From Marsupella aquatica (lineage: Eukaryota > Plantae > Marchantiophyta): a DNA stretch of 64,000 bases. Made by a program: the position numbers and the translations under genes. The DNA is taken from the NCBI GenBank assembly GCA_973895155.1, contig OZ316897.1, positions 16,784,058 to 16,848,057 of the forward strand. Direction: 5' to 3'. The notes beneath the pieces were generated by a model. That model saw only the letters and a program-made list of their open reading frames with translations, was not told the DNA's origin and ran no database searches. Positions 13,045 to 25,645 of this stretch are shown here, piece after piece; the first letter of the stretch is position 1; every line of letters begins with the position of its first letter.

Positions 13045-14094
13045 AAATAGCACTCTGTCAAGAAACACTAGACATGATAGAATGACACCTCTGTTTTTCT
13101 ATAAACATGCAGAGTGATTGGTATGTCAGGTTGTAACAATTGACAATCTAATATTATTGATGTCAATGTAATTTTGCTTCATAAATTTGCATTGAGTTCA
13201 ATAGTTACCGTGAGACTTATGAAGGTATCTTGTATGAATGTCAATTGGATTTGTGATATATATGGAATGTTTATTTAAGGTTTCATTCAGCAAATCTATT
13301 GAATGGCTTTGTAATGTATGATTTTTGAATGACATGGAGTTTTATTTATCATGATCACTTAAATTTGAATTTCTCCAAATCATTGAATATTTCACCTAAA
13401 TGACTGGCTAGAATGACTGATGTAATGGTCATTATTCACAACTATCTTTGTGACCAATATGACTCAACTCTGGTCATTAAAGACATGGACTAAATGATTC
13501 AAAGAATGACATATACAATGACCTCTCTCATGGTCATTATAAACAAGTCCACTATGACTCACTTTATGTCATTCAAGACATGTCATTAATGACTAATGTG
13601 TATCTTTATGTGTCTCCTCCTAATTGAACCACGTGTCTTAATGTGACTTGTTTATATCGTAGTCATTTTGGACATGTCCAAAATGACCCAAATATATTGC
13701 CAAATGGTGAATCCTCTTTGAACCATGTGTCACTATTTGATTTGTTATATAATGTACGTCATTTTGGACAAGTTCAAAATGACCAATGTTATTTGTTTTT
13801 TGATTGCCACGTGTCGTTGTGTGATTGGGTACGGGGACCGTCGACGGTCAATGGCAATTGACCATCTATGGTGATTTGTGTCGTCATTTTGGACCGTTCA
13901 GCATTTATGACCATATCATAAAAACCGTCATTTAGGATAGTATGAAATGACCACATGTTTTTAGCGTCATTTGTCCAAAAGGACCGTGACCAAAATGTCC
14001 GTTGTGACGCGTCTGGAAAGACAAGAACGATTGCGTCATTGTTTTGTTAAAAAGACCTGATTAATAGTCATTGTTTCCGTCATAAAATACATTG

Positions 14095-14107
14095 TTTTCT
14101 ACTAGTG
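14095..14107 (-). repeat. Right terminal inverted repeat of CACTA-1
   Basis: TTTTCTACTAGTG; the first 12 nt of its reverse complement (CACTAGTAGAAA) equal the CACTA-2 left TIR. Next 3 bp GCA is the predicted TSD. Confidence 0.85.
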
Positions 14108-15620
14108 GCAGAAGTGAAGAATCCATCTAAAGTTGGACGAGGTGGCTATCGTGGGAGGGAGGCAAATCATGTGAGTGTGCTAACCCTTATGACATGATCA
14201 TCTTTCAGTTTGTGCCATACATTCTCTGAGTGTGCTGATAAATGTTTGATTGCATTATTGTGCTGATAGTTGTTCCTGCCTTTTTCAGAAGAGGCAAAGA
14301 GGTCATAGCCCAGGTCTATCAGACCTTCGACCTAATCCTTTTGATGACAAAGCAAATGTTTTGGGTTGGAGGTCAGATGTAAGCCCATCCTTGGCAAGTA
14401 CTAAGTCCATCCTTGGTACACCTGCTCACCAGCTAGGGAGGAACTCAATCGTGAGTTTCTTTCTCTTCCTTTCCATATTGTAAGTACACCTGTCTCGGGT
14501 AATATTTTAAGAGGACACAAAGTGGCTGTATATGGCTAATTTTTTGACTCACCGTGGTTTTCCAGACACCCGTATCCAACTTTGTAGTTGAGCGAAATGA
14601 TGAAGTGATTTGTGAGAAAATAACCAGTTCTATCAATACTACTTTAGCTGCTGGGTGGCAATGGTGGCTAAGACAATTGCAGAGAGCTTGGGAAATTACC
14701 AGCAACATATGAGTGTTCTGCATCAGAAGGAGACATCTCATGTAGGAGGGGTAGGTATCAATATTGAAGCTTCCCAAGAGGGGGGTGGTGGACCTGGAGC
14801 ACTTGGTACGTCAAGCCTACCCACTTCCACAATTAAGGCTGCATCGGGCACTTCAGCACCAAAGAGTTCTGCAATGAAGTTGAATTTTGTGGATCTGTCC
14901 AAAGAGGGTATGTCTGTCTAATTTGTACTCTAAGCTAGGTCATGACCATTTGGTCTGGGTGATCAAAAATTAAGTGCTTAATTTTGTAAAATCATTGTAA
15001 TGCAAATGATTTGTAAAAGCATTTCGATCATCTGCAAAATTGAATAATATATGTCCATGTCGGTGAGGAAGGTGCGAAGCAGAAAGACCTGATGGACGAT
15101 GCGGAGTATAGTCACTCTATGACTGTAAAGCAGGAGGTCTTAGATGATCCCACAAAGGTCCTTATCTCCAGTTCACCTCAACTAACTCCTAAGACAGGCA
15201 AGGGCTGAAAACCTAAAGGAAAGGTAAGGTTTTTGTGCTGCACTCAGCTATCTCATAGTATAGATGCAAACTTTGTGACAAGGTGCTTAGCGCATGGGCT
15301 CAGGAATTGTGTACATTCAAAGTTTTCTCAGGCCTGTGTTCTTACAAATTAGCTCTATGTCTTGTACGTGGATGGTGGATGTTCGAGTAGAATATGCACA
15401 GTATGTAGAATTTTTTTCAGTCCAATATATATGCACACCTGATTCTATGCTCTCGGTCTAAGTTTGTCTAACTTTTCCTTTGATCAGATGCCAAAGGTGG
15501 GAATCATGCAGGCTCTTGAAGACGGCAATGAAACAATCTCAGAACACCCAATGCCTTCAAGACCTCTAACTACGGATGTTCTGAAGTCAGCGTTTTCACC
15601 AACTGTGTTGAAGGTGACAA
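14108..15620 (+). pseudogene. 3' part of a TnpA-like gene from another, older CACTA into which CACTA-1 inserted
   Basis: Resumes mid-exon (AEVKNPSKVGRGGY, cf. ARVQDTSHFGR in CACTA-1 and NKVKHLSQAGRGSY in CACTA-2). Next exon KRQRGHSPGLSDL...SPSLAS parallels KQKRGSSPGISDL...SPSLAS at 11650-11760. Confidence 0.75.
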
Positions 15621-15749
15621 TCCTCATAGATTTCTCCTTTTCTAAATTAGTTACTATCTTTTGCATCTGTTCACTATCCTGCATTATGCATGATTCACTT
15701 AGCAGTGATTACACCCCTTGTGGAATGGCTCGATATAGGTTTATGTAAG

Positions 15750-18700
15750 AAACTTGTCATTTTTTTGCTTTTTGAACAAGGAATAGTAAGAAAGACGTTT
15801 TAAGTGCTATCAGAGTAACTAGGTTTTAGGAACTTAAGTAGGTAGAATAGGAAAGATAGTGGAATGGAAGGTTACTGAGTTCTAAGCAAGTGACAAGGGA
15901 TAAGAAAGGTCTTTATGATGGGGCATACAACGTTCCGTCCTTATTTAGACTAGGTGACTATTCCGAGCCGGAGAAACAACCCGACACTTGAAGTCTTAGT
16001 TTTGGTTCAGATTTTTCCCATAGATGATAGGAGGTCCCTAGAGCACCCCTAAAAAGTTAGATGTCAAGTGGGGTCTCAACCTAGGGTTTCCTTGTGTTTT
16101 GGTGTGACTTAAATTAACAAAATAGCGGGTCCCGGGAAAAATAGCTGATGAGTAAATTTAGGAGTTCCAAGTTTGGAAGTGGGTTAAATATGGTCCACTC
16201 TATCCCTGGAAACTTGTGGTAGAAGCTGGGTATCTTTGGTTACTTTTTGGGAGCATCTCAAAGGTGAGAAGAATTTTGGAAAACATAATAATTGACCCAC
16301 TTTACCTAATTTTAGAAAATTGGTGGTAAGGTTTTGTTTAGATATTAGTAAACCAGGACATAGTCATATGTCCAGAGAATATGTATATATACTCAGAAGT
16401 CATTTTGGACTCATGTGTGATTTTTGGGGGCGGTCCAAAATGGCCTGGAAATACTGTTTTCCCAACAAAAAAATCCGAAATTTTTCTAAGTGTCAACCGC
16501 GTCGGAGGCGACCATGACTTAAGCACGAGGCCGGGGCGGCTCAAGCACGAGGTCAGGAACACCATAAGGGTCAATACATGAGATGCTTACTTCGAATTGG
16601 GATCAAGAGACAGCTACGAAATTGAATTGAGCTGCTATAGCTTCAAGCATGGGATGTTGATCAGAATTGGCTGGCTGCCTCGATGCTGCTGATTGGAATA
16701 GAGCTGCTTGCTATGGAGAAATAGGCTGCTGCTGATCAAGAGCTAGTTGGCTGGCTGTGAGCTATGGTGGGCTACGAAATTGAAGGGCTGGCGGCTGATC
16801 AGATGGACTGCTGCACAAGAATTGATTAGCGGATCAACAAGGAAGAGGGCTGCTGCTGCGAATTGAAGAGCTATGGCTGCAAAATAGGATTGCTGCTAGC
16901 TGCGAAATTGCAGAGGTGGGCAGTTGCAAAATTGAGAAGAGAGACCTGCTTGGCTGAGTGATTGGAATAGAGCTAGTTGCTGAGAAGGAATCAAGCTATG
17001 GGTGCTGCTGCTGTGCTTTGAATCTGCTGCTGTGCTTCAAATGTGCTGTTGTGCTGCTAGCTGCGAATTGGTGGGCTATGGCTGCTGCAAAATTCTGCTG
17101 TGATTTTGAATCACTTGCAAGGCTGGATGGTTATGGAGGTGGACTGAGAAGGGTGCTGCAAACCTGGTTGAGCTGTAGATTGACCTGCTGCCATTCGAAT
17201 CCAATAGAGAATGATGTAGTTTCAGATTAAATTCAAGAGAGAGGAAAATGGCTGCGAAAATTGATGTCCTTATCAAATTCTTCATAAGAAACGTGAGTAT
17301 AATGAGAGTACTCTCCCCTGGTGACACCTGGAATCTCCATAAGGGGCGTGTAAGGTAAGTGTAATCGGGTCACCGCTTACACCCGCTTTACACCAAAAAC
17401 AGGCCTTGGGAGAATGGGCATAACTTTGGCTAGGGGTATCCGTTGGGGCCCAAATGTTTTTGTGTTGAGTTAGGGGAAGATAAGGCACCCCTTGGTGAAG
17501 GTGGAAACCCATAAAAAGAGTCACTCAAATATATTTTTAGCCGAGGCCACGAGGGGGTCCCAATAGCTTGCAAACCAAAGTCGGCATAGGGGAATGACTA
17601 CCAGATTTAGGGGCTGACCTTTCTTGCACCCATACCACTTTAGTTAGGCTCTAGGGAAGGGTACTTACCTTTGTTCAAAGGTGTAAGGCCATCATGTTAA
17701 GAAAAGTAAGTATAGGGGGTAGTTTACTTAGGGTAGTAAAGGGGTTACAAGTAAAATAAGGCCATCTTTGACTAGGCACAACTTGAGACTCACTCACTCT
17801 TTTTGCGAGCTTTCAAGTGGGTTGGGAAGCTGGTGAGGAGGACCATAAGTGGGAGCAGGTTTGGAGGTCAAAGGATGCAACTCATGTGTGGCATATTCCA
17901 GGGCTTGGAAGGAGTGCAAACAATAGGTTGTAGGGTGGGCTACGAACTATAGAGTTGGACTTTGTGTGTTAGGAGGACTTGGGGGAGGAGTAGTTGGACC
18001 CCAGGTCAAGCTTGGTGTGGTGTGGAAGGAGAATAGTATATAAAGAGTAAGTTTTCATTTGTTAGGGACCGGGAGTCTCATCTCTTAAATGGAATCTCTA
18101 CCTTGCCAAGGTAGGGCTAAGCTTGAGAAGGGAGAGGTGGTCCATGCTTAGTGTGGAGAATGTGTAGTGAACTTTTGTTGTAAAGGTGATGCAATAAAAG
18201 GAGACTTGCCAATCTTCATTGTGACCATTAAGTGTGAGTGCATTTGAAGTATATGAAGAGCAAAAGAAGAGTCCATGCTATGATGTAATCTTGGTCTAAG
18301 CTCAAAGGGGATGTGCTAGTACAAAACCAAGGCCAAGGAGGCAAGGTTAAGATAGAGCACTACTTTGAGACTTAGAAAGGATTATAGCTTGAGGGTGGAA
18401 AGTATTTTGCTTGGTGTGTGGTGTTAACAAGAAGTAAGAACAAAAGGAAGAGTCCTTAGATAGAGGAGCCTTCTCTAGAGCTCAAAGGGGATGTGTGGAC
18501 CCAAACCAAGGCCAGGGGGGCAAGGTTGAGGGGTAACACTACTTTGAGGGGCTTGAGGAGACTTAAGCTTGAAGAGGAAAGTACTTTGGTTCTTGGGTGT
18601 TTGTGTGAGAATCTACTCTAAGGTGACAGCTTGGAGCGGAGATCCCCCTTGCTGATCCTTGGAGTAGAGGAGAGGGGAAGGGTGTGAGTACAAAAGTAGT

Positions 18701-18870
18701 CAAGGGGACTACCTCTCTAAAAGTGAAGAGTTGAAACTACTTATGTATGGAGTGATTAGACATTGTAGGCACATTTGAGAAGTTTTGTCAATCCTTTGTG
18801 ACCCTGGTATGATATGGAGCAGGTATTAGGTAGTCTTTTGGGGAGAAAATCGGCTTAGGCTCCTTGACAA
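15750..18870. mobile_element. Probable LTR-retrotransposon remnant (LTR-like non-coding DNA); boundaries uncertain
   Basis: Abrupt compositional change, no credible ORF, GCT/CTG-rich tract at 16610-17190, TATA-like TATATAAAG near 18037, ends ...CCTTGACA at 18869. No TSD found. Confidence 0.35.
18261..18600 (+). repeat. Diverged ~180-bp tandem duplication
   Basis: CAAAAG(G)AAGAGTCC...AGCTCAAAGGGGATGTG...AAACCAAGGCCA...GCAAGGTT...CACTACTTTGAG...AGCTTGA...GGAAAGTA occurs twice, about 180 bp apart. Confidence 0.8.
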
Positions 18871-20189
18871 GTGTTTGACATCCCTTGAAATGGCGCACAT
18901 CAGTATTGTTGCAAGGGGTTCATTGGCACCGCAGATTGAAAATATGGTCTCTAATTAAATTAGCTGTAATATATTGATTTACTTGTGGCAGTTCAAGATT
19001 GGGGACATGGTGAAATTGAAGTCCCCAGTGGACTCTCGGGTTGTTGCTCTTGCAACAGTGTAGGGAGTCTGGGGGCAAGATTTTTACATTGGCAATGAAA
19101 TTCCACCAGGACATTTGATCGTGATTGCAAATGAGGTGTTTGAACAGGATGCACCTCTACTTGAGAAAGGGCATCCAAACTCTCAGGTCAAATTTCTGAA
19201 GGATGTGGGCGACAAACATTTCTTGTGGTACCAGAAGTTGATGAGGAAGTAGCAAGGAGTTGTTTTTTGATAGAATGTAGTGACTTGAGCTCTTTGGTTC
19301 AAGCTCGAGTAGTTTTGATGCACAAGCTGAGTTGGCCAATAGACTTGTTTTGTGATTAGTTCATCTAGGAAATACTTTACTGTGATTCTGAACAGTCGAT
19401 CACCTATACATTGGGGGTGAAATGAAGTCTGCAGTCTCTATGCAGAATTTTATATTCATTCAATGGCTTTTTGTGTATATTTGCAATGTATATATCCTCT
19501 TGCAGTTGATTTCTAAGACATGTCTTTCTAGCTAGGCAATTTATCAAGATGATTGGAAATAGGACCAATTGGCAGAATTGGTCCAATTATGAAATGACAC
19601 AAAGGACTGCCTAAATAACTTCCATGAAGTCATAAATGACTGAGCGGAAAAGACTCAAATATTGGTAATATAAGACATCAACAAAATCACTTCAATAGTA
19701 GTCATTATAAACATGTCCTAAACAACTACAATTATCTCCACGTGTACCCTACTGGGAAGCTATCAAAGTGTCACTTGTTGGCTGCTAGAATGATATAAAG
19801 GAGACACGTGTCCACTTGTAATTTGGTTTGTGTGGCTCAGACCTTCCACGTGTCTAAATGCTATTTGATGGCTTTAGACACATGTCGTTTCCTTATTTGA
19901 TGAGTCGTAACACAATTCAACTTCGATTTTGAGTTACTTAAGACCATCAGTTCTTTTTAACGAAACACAATTCAACTAAGATTTTGAGTTATTTAAGACA
20001 GTCAGTCTCCCAATGGACGGTGTCATAAACAACCTGCAATTTGCAGTTGTTGATAAAAACAACTCTATGTCCAAAAGGACTACTATACCAAAGCGACTTG
20101 CCTTTGTGAACTCAAATGAATGAGTTGTAAATTGTCCCAAACCACTCATAAGCTAGTCATTTTTTCAGTAATAAAAACATCATTTCCTT

Positions 20190-21337
20190 TTAGTGACGTG
20201 ATCGAGATCATTGTAGCCGAGCAGAAGCGGTTTGAAGCATCGTCAGGGATGGTGTCCCGATTGAAAAAAGTGGTTGTAGCTGTGGATGCAGACTTGAAGG
20301 AGCTTAACTTGGCGGAGGAAGCACAAAAGTCTGAATATGCAACTCTGGAGAGGGTATTGCATAATCCTTGTCCAACCTTGAGGCCGACCTTTGTTGCGAC
20401 ACTTACTTCTCCAGTGTCAACCCAAGTTCTGTTATCAAGTTGTCCCGTTTGTTGCAATGGTTATCATTGCTGCAATTGGATCCCAGCATCCTGTGGGCAC
20501 ACATATCATCCGAGTTGTCTTTTTTCTTTGATTGGTGATTCAAAGGATACTCCTAAGTGTGAAACTTGTGGGCTACCATTTTCTGATGATTGGTTACGAA
20601 CGTGGGGCTTACCCACACACAGAGAACAGAGGCGAGTAAGTTACATAGATCACATGAAAAGAGTGTACTATGGGGCGCCAAGTATTGATCTTTTCAGTAG
20701 GAGACAACTCGTACAACAAATCCAAATTGTGCATGAACAAGTATGGAAAATGAGACAAGTGATGCATTATCAATTCCTTTGTTGTTGTCTCGCACTTCAT
20801 TGGATAGTCCAAGTGGTTGTTCCAATTTTAAAGTCTCCAATAGTGTATTGACCCGCAATACTATTACATGTGTGCATTCAAGCAAACCTCCAAGCTGAAG
20901 GTGAAAAGTTGCTACTTGCTTTGGAGGCGGCTCCCATGTCACAAAAGCTGGGAAACAAGTCTGGGAAAGATGATAACCAAGATGGCGAGTCTATAGGGAG
21001 GCTTTTGACACCCAAAACTGAGGGTCGGGAATTGGGGAAAAGAATGAGGGCTTTGGAATCATCTAGGAAGGTGCTAAGTAGACCTTTGACGACTCCAGAG
21101 CTACTCACAATGCCGTTTAGCCCAAAGTCCATGTCTCAGGTTTCCTTCAGGCAAATGTTAGACCTACTTGGAGTTGGCCATGGACATCCAGTTATACCAC
21201 AAATAATCGATTTTAAGGCCCTCCTAAATCCTCTGCACCGCCAGCCAGTTCCAGAAAGAGATTGCGGCTTCCTTCTTGAACGTGGACTAAGAAGCTGGCA
21301 ATGGTCCACTCTGATTGATTGTGATAAAATAATTTGA
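20190..21337 (+). pseudogene. RING-finger-containing gene fragment (short helical/coiled region plus RING-H2-like domain), later exons interrupted by insertions
   Basis: CPVC-x11-CGHTYHPSC-x13-CETC. Lies after CACTA-like subterminal motifs (CACGTGT/ATGAC, 19590-19890); a further small exon follows the TGCAG acceptor at 24848. Confidence 0.6.
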
Positions 21338-21388
21338 TACATCCATGATGCATTTGTTGCATGGCCGAATTTGTTGTCAGTGGAATTT

Positions 21389-24300
21389 TGTCGCGCCCCT
21401 AACCCGGGCCTTAAATCCAGTTTAGTTCCATGGGGCGACTATGACCACTAGTCGGGGTGAGGGTTCGGGCAAGGAGGTGTGTAGTGGCCTCGATTAGCCC
21501 TAAGTCGGGCTAAGGCAATATACTTACTGGTATAACACTCACGCAACTTGTACTAGTTATACGTATATTTGTTTTCCACCGCTAGAATATTCCCACAGTT
21601 AGTGACTCGGACTAACTCCCGGCTTGGGGCTTTCAAGCCATTGACGCGACAGAACCTTGTGACATGCAATGGGTGGCAATCCCTACCATTAGTCCGCACC
21701 CGGTACGTCCCTTGAAATGGTGCCTTTGCCCAGACAAAGCATACACACAACACCAGTTACTCGCGGAAACATTAGAGGGAAAAGACTATATTTACTCAGA
21801 GAAGAATTAGTTTACATAGTTGACTTGACTTCTAATGGGGTCAGCAGGCCCATCGACAGTCAATGCCCAGTCTCTACGAGGCCCCGCCCCGCACTTGCCT
21901 AGCAAGCTCGACTCTGGCTCTCACTCCTTGGTGCGCTATGACCCTGCTCAGGCCGGGACTCCCCGTGCCTCGCCTTTTCTTACGCCGAGATAACTAAGCC
22001 TTCTCCCCTTCCCACAGCGGAAGGGGAAGCCTAAATACTACATTCGCGGAAAGGAACCGGGGGATACTACCTCCCGGGGTAATGCCTGTACTGACTAACT
22101 ACCTTCTGACTAACTGGCCGCACTCCTCTGACCGGTTGACCGTTGACGACAAGGGCGCTGACCGGAATGGCATCAGCTAAGTCTACTGACCAAAATCTAG
22201 TCCGTTGATGGACTCTATCCTACATTGGCTGATCCTAACTGATCTGCTCCTAATTCTTCCTACTATGCCGCTAATCGGTGCCTAATGACAGCTATTCTGT
22301 CGTTACGCCTAACCAAAAGATGTTGCTGACTCAACCGCCTTGCACGGTGCCTGCTTCCACCCTTTGCTAACCGACCCTTACGTGCGAGCCATGGTCAGAC
22401 CAGGGTTTGTCCCTCTGTCAGGGCGAGACCTCGAGCCGCCTTGATCAAAGGTGGGCCCAGGTCTTCCCCGCTGGAGGACAAGCACGGTAATGTGGTCTTG
22501 CAAGGCCTTGTTATCCCGCACCGCCTCCTCCGCCTTGTTTGCAGCTTCATCGACCTCTGTCTGGAGCCGTGCTACCTCCAGGTTGAGCTGGTTGATGGAG
22601 TCACAATGGGTCTGGTCTTGCGCCAGCAATTTATCCCATTCGGCGGAGAGACTAGCTACCTGTTGAGCTATTTGTAGGAATTGGTTGTTGAGGTCGGTCA
22701 GGCTAGTAACCCGGGCCAAGGATTCCAAGCGCAACTGAAGCACGGTATCGTCCATCTTCTTGAGATCTGCTTGCGCCCTGCTCAACTCCTGGGTTAGTCC
22801 GTCCCGCTGTTTGACGGTGCGGACTAACTCCTCATGACGGGTAGTGGCCTCCTCCTCGAGGTGTTCTACCAGCATTTGGAGGTGCCTGATCTCATTCCCC
22901 TTTGCAATGAGTTCTTCTTCCAAGCGACTTACGATCCGTGGTTGGTGCTCTAACATGAAGAAGGCTGGTTGAAAGTACGCCGAGACTTGTTATCCGATGT
23001 ACTTCGCCAGCTCCCCTGACAAAGTCTGACTAAACTTCTGGACCAGGTCGTAGGCCATGGTCCCCGGGGCTACTTGGTAGTCCTCCATCCTCTCGGGTAC
23101 CGGTGGTTCCTCGGGCGGGGTGGTGAGCTCCTCCATAGTCTGCACTGGGGAAGGAAAGGTTTCTTCAGGTGGTGGAGGGATTGGGGGTGGTTGTACCGCG
23201 GGTAGCGGAGGCTCGACGGAAGGGGGCGGCAGAATTTCAGCAAGAGGGGGTGACGGAGTATTAGTTGGGGCCTCCGGCTTGGGGTTTACCCGAGGCACAG
23301 TAGTCCGCTCGCTCGGGGATGCCTCCCTTGGAGCGGGGGTGACATTAGTTGGGGCTGAGGTGGCCATATTCTTTCCTCTGGCCTCCCGTCGTGCCTTGTA
23401 CCAGGCGAGGATGATGGCGATATGACTTCCCAAGTAAGTCTTCCCCCCAATAGCCATACCTCGTTGAGCCAGCTTAAGCTCCCCCGAGAACCTTCGGTAA
23501 AAGAATTGGGCCCAATTCCGCCGTTTGTACTGTTCCACCTGCACGATCGTGCAGAGGGAGATCTTGGATCGTGGCTCAATCATGTGTAGGGTAGTCCGTA
23601 TGAAGTTAAGCCGCTCCATGTAGATTAAGTTGGTGCACGACCCCTGCTTGTATCCGTTGTCCATCTTACCTTTGAGTTTGAAGTGCCAAGGTGTATACTC
23701 CTTATCCCAAATTCGGAGTTCAACCGGCACCGGCCCGGTTGGCAGGCAAAAGATCTGTGCTAACCGATGCTCTGTGAGTGATAAGGTCTGTCCTGAAACC
23801 TTGGTGGTCGATGCGTCGGTGTCAAAATTGGAGATGAACTCACAAATCTCCTTTGGCCCGACCGCACACGGTCTCCATAGCAAGTGAGCGAACTGCTCCA
23901 ACTGATGCTCCTTGAAATAGTCCGCATGGTCGAGTTTCTTGATCACGATCCAGACTACCTCGGGGACGCGGATTACCTGTAATAAGTTAGACTTGGGATT
24001 ATCCGGGGGCCGTCGGGTCTGGTTGGTCGGGGGGTTCGCCGGGGCAGGTGCAGGAGCGGCATTGGTTTGCATTGTCGATTCGGGGGTCGGTGTCGTCCTT
24101 GCCCACTTATGAGAACACTGCACGAGCTGCGGACTAACTCGCTTGGAACCCAAAGAACACTCGGTGTTGTTCACGGGTCGGACTTGGGACTGGTTCGGGG
24201 GTACACCGGTGGTCATTGGTTGAGGGGCTGGTGGTGTCGGTGTAGCCATATCCCAGTTGAAGGCGTTGGAGCTTTCCCCGAGGAACGTAAGATTACGCGC

Positions 24301-24793
24301 TGCTTCCCGTTGTCTGCTGATGTCTTCTTGGCACTTTTCGACTGCGATCCGCTGGTCTAGGTACCCTGGGATCTTGTCAAACTCCGGCTTGAGTAAGCCG
24401 CTGGCTGCCCTTCAGCCTAAAGAACTTTGCGAGGACTTCAAGAATTGTCTCTACTACCGATCTAAGCCCTTCCTCGCTGAGGTGCCAGGGTGAGCTTCAA
24501 GCGTGAGTGGGCAAAGTTGTTCCGGTCATTGATGATGAGCTGAAGTTGGCGTCTCGGTCCAAGCGTGATTCTTCTAACGGATTTTACTCCACCGCCGTCA
24601 CCGTACCGCGGTCGAGCGTAATAACCCTCTGCCTTAATTCGTAATCATCCGATCCACTAACCTACTCCTAATCTATTCATAATGGCAAAGACGGCTATTC
24701 GTGCTATTCTACGCTACGGCTACGGTCCTAATGACCGTATAAGACCTAATCTACGACCTGCGTTTGGTTAAGTGACACGTTACCCGTGTCACA
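21389..24793 (-). mobile_element. 3.4-kb solo-LTR-like Ty3/gypsy element containing an ORF
   Basis: Starts TGTCGCG, ends GTGTCACA; flanks AATTT / AATTG (4 of 5 match to a 5-bp TSD). GC-rich block within AT-rich intron-like DNA. CCTAAATACT motif ~640 bp from the left end, as in the LTR at 49693. No gag/pol. Confidence 0.65.
22378..24249 (-). pseudogene. ~623-codon retrotransposon accessory ORF (globular N-terminal domain, Pro-rich linker, C-terminal coiled coil) with one premature stop
   Basis: ORFs 22990-24249 and 22378-22956 are in the same frame, separated by a single TAA at 22990-22992. EICEFISNF...KVSGQTLSLTEHRLAQIFCLPTG resembles plant gypsy extra-ORF (Athila ORF2-like) domains. Confidence 0.7.
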
Positions 24794-25011
24794 AATTGTA
24801 GACTTTGTTACTGAATCAGATTTTTGCATGTGTTGTTTCTTGGTGCAGGCAAGTAGAGGCCGACGCAATACCCTTTTCTGATCGGATGGAGGATCAAGTT
24901 GGAAAGGTAAATCTGATTTCCATTTCTTTTAGATCAATCGGTACTTCTTGCTGGATGAACATTAGTCATGCTATAGATAAATTAGTTTGAGTCCTTGCTG
25001 TGAAGGATGGT

Positions 25012-25645
25012 TGATACCGGAAGTTCTTGGCCAAGGACTGACAATTCTTGGATTGGAACTTGCAATCATTTCACCCAGTCTTTCACCAAGTGAGTCGATA
25101 CTGTCCTTGTCGAAGCTAGCACTCATTTCACTCCCACTAGTGCACACTAGTCTCCAAGGACTATGGAAATATCCTCTCCAAGGACTAGTTCTCCTTCCCA
25201 AGGACATGCGGTCCTTAGCCAAGGACTCTCAGTCCTTATCTAAGGACAAAGGTCCTCTTGCAAGGACTCCACTCGGACATCATCATTCCTTTAGGAAGGA
25301 CTTTCGGTCCTTCTCCAAGGACTTCAGGTCCTTCAGTCCAAGGACATTGGTCTTTTCAAGGACTTTTGGGTCCTTCTCCAGGACTTAAGGTCCTTCAGTC
25401 CAAGGACATGGGTCCTTTCAAGGACTTTTGGGTCCTTCTGCAAGGACTTAAGGTCCTTGAGTCAAAGGACATGGGTCCTTTAAGGACTTTTGGGTCCTTC
25501 TCCAAAGACTTCCCTCCTTCAAGTCCTTGTCCAACTACTTCATGTCCTTCTTCAAGGACTTGCGCTCAAGGACCAGGACTCATCTCCTCAAGCCTGGTCC
25601 TTCCTCGGGGGGGGGGGGGGTCACTTCCATGGAAGTGGCATATCA
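25012..25645. repeat. Short LTR-like element with an internal AAGGAC/GTCCTT tandem array
   Basis: TGATA...TATCA ends; more than 15 copies of AAGGAC(N5-9)GTCCTT at 25155-25600; G-run at 25607-25620. No TSD found. Confidence 0.5.

Larger units (their letters stand above)
1..14107 (+). mobile_element. CACTA (En/Spm) DNA transposon 'CACTA-1'; left end lies upstream of the window
   Basis: TnpD- and TnpA-like coding remnants on +. Right terminus TTTTCTACTAGTG (revcomp CACTAGTAGAAAA) at 14095-14107. Dense ATGAC/GTCAT subterminal motifs at ~360-1320 and ~13320-14085. No matching left TIR seen in the window. Confidence 0.85.

Noticed and set aside
18920-19339. LLELEPKSSSHYILS resembling a PPR E-domain
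   Set aside because: Short isolated match with no PPR repeats or continuous frame.
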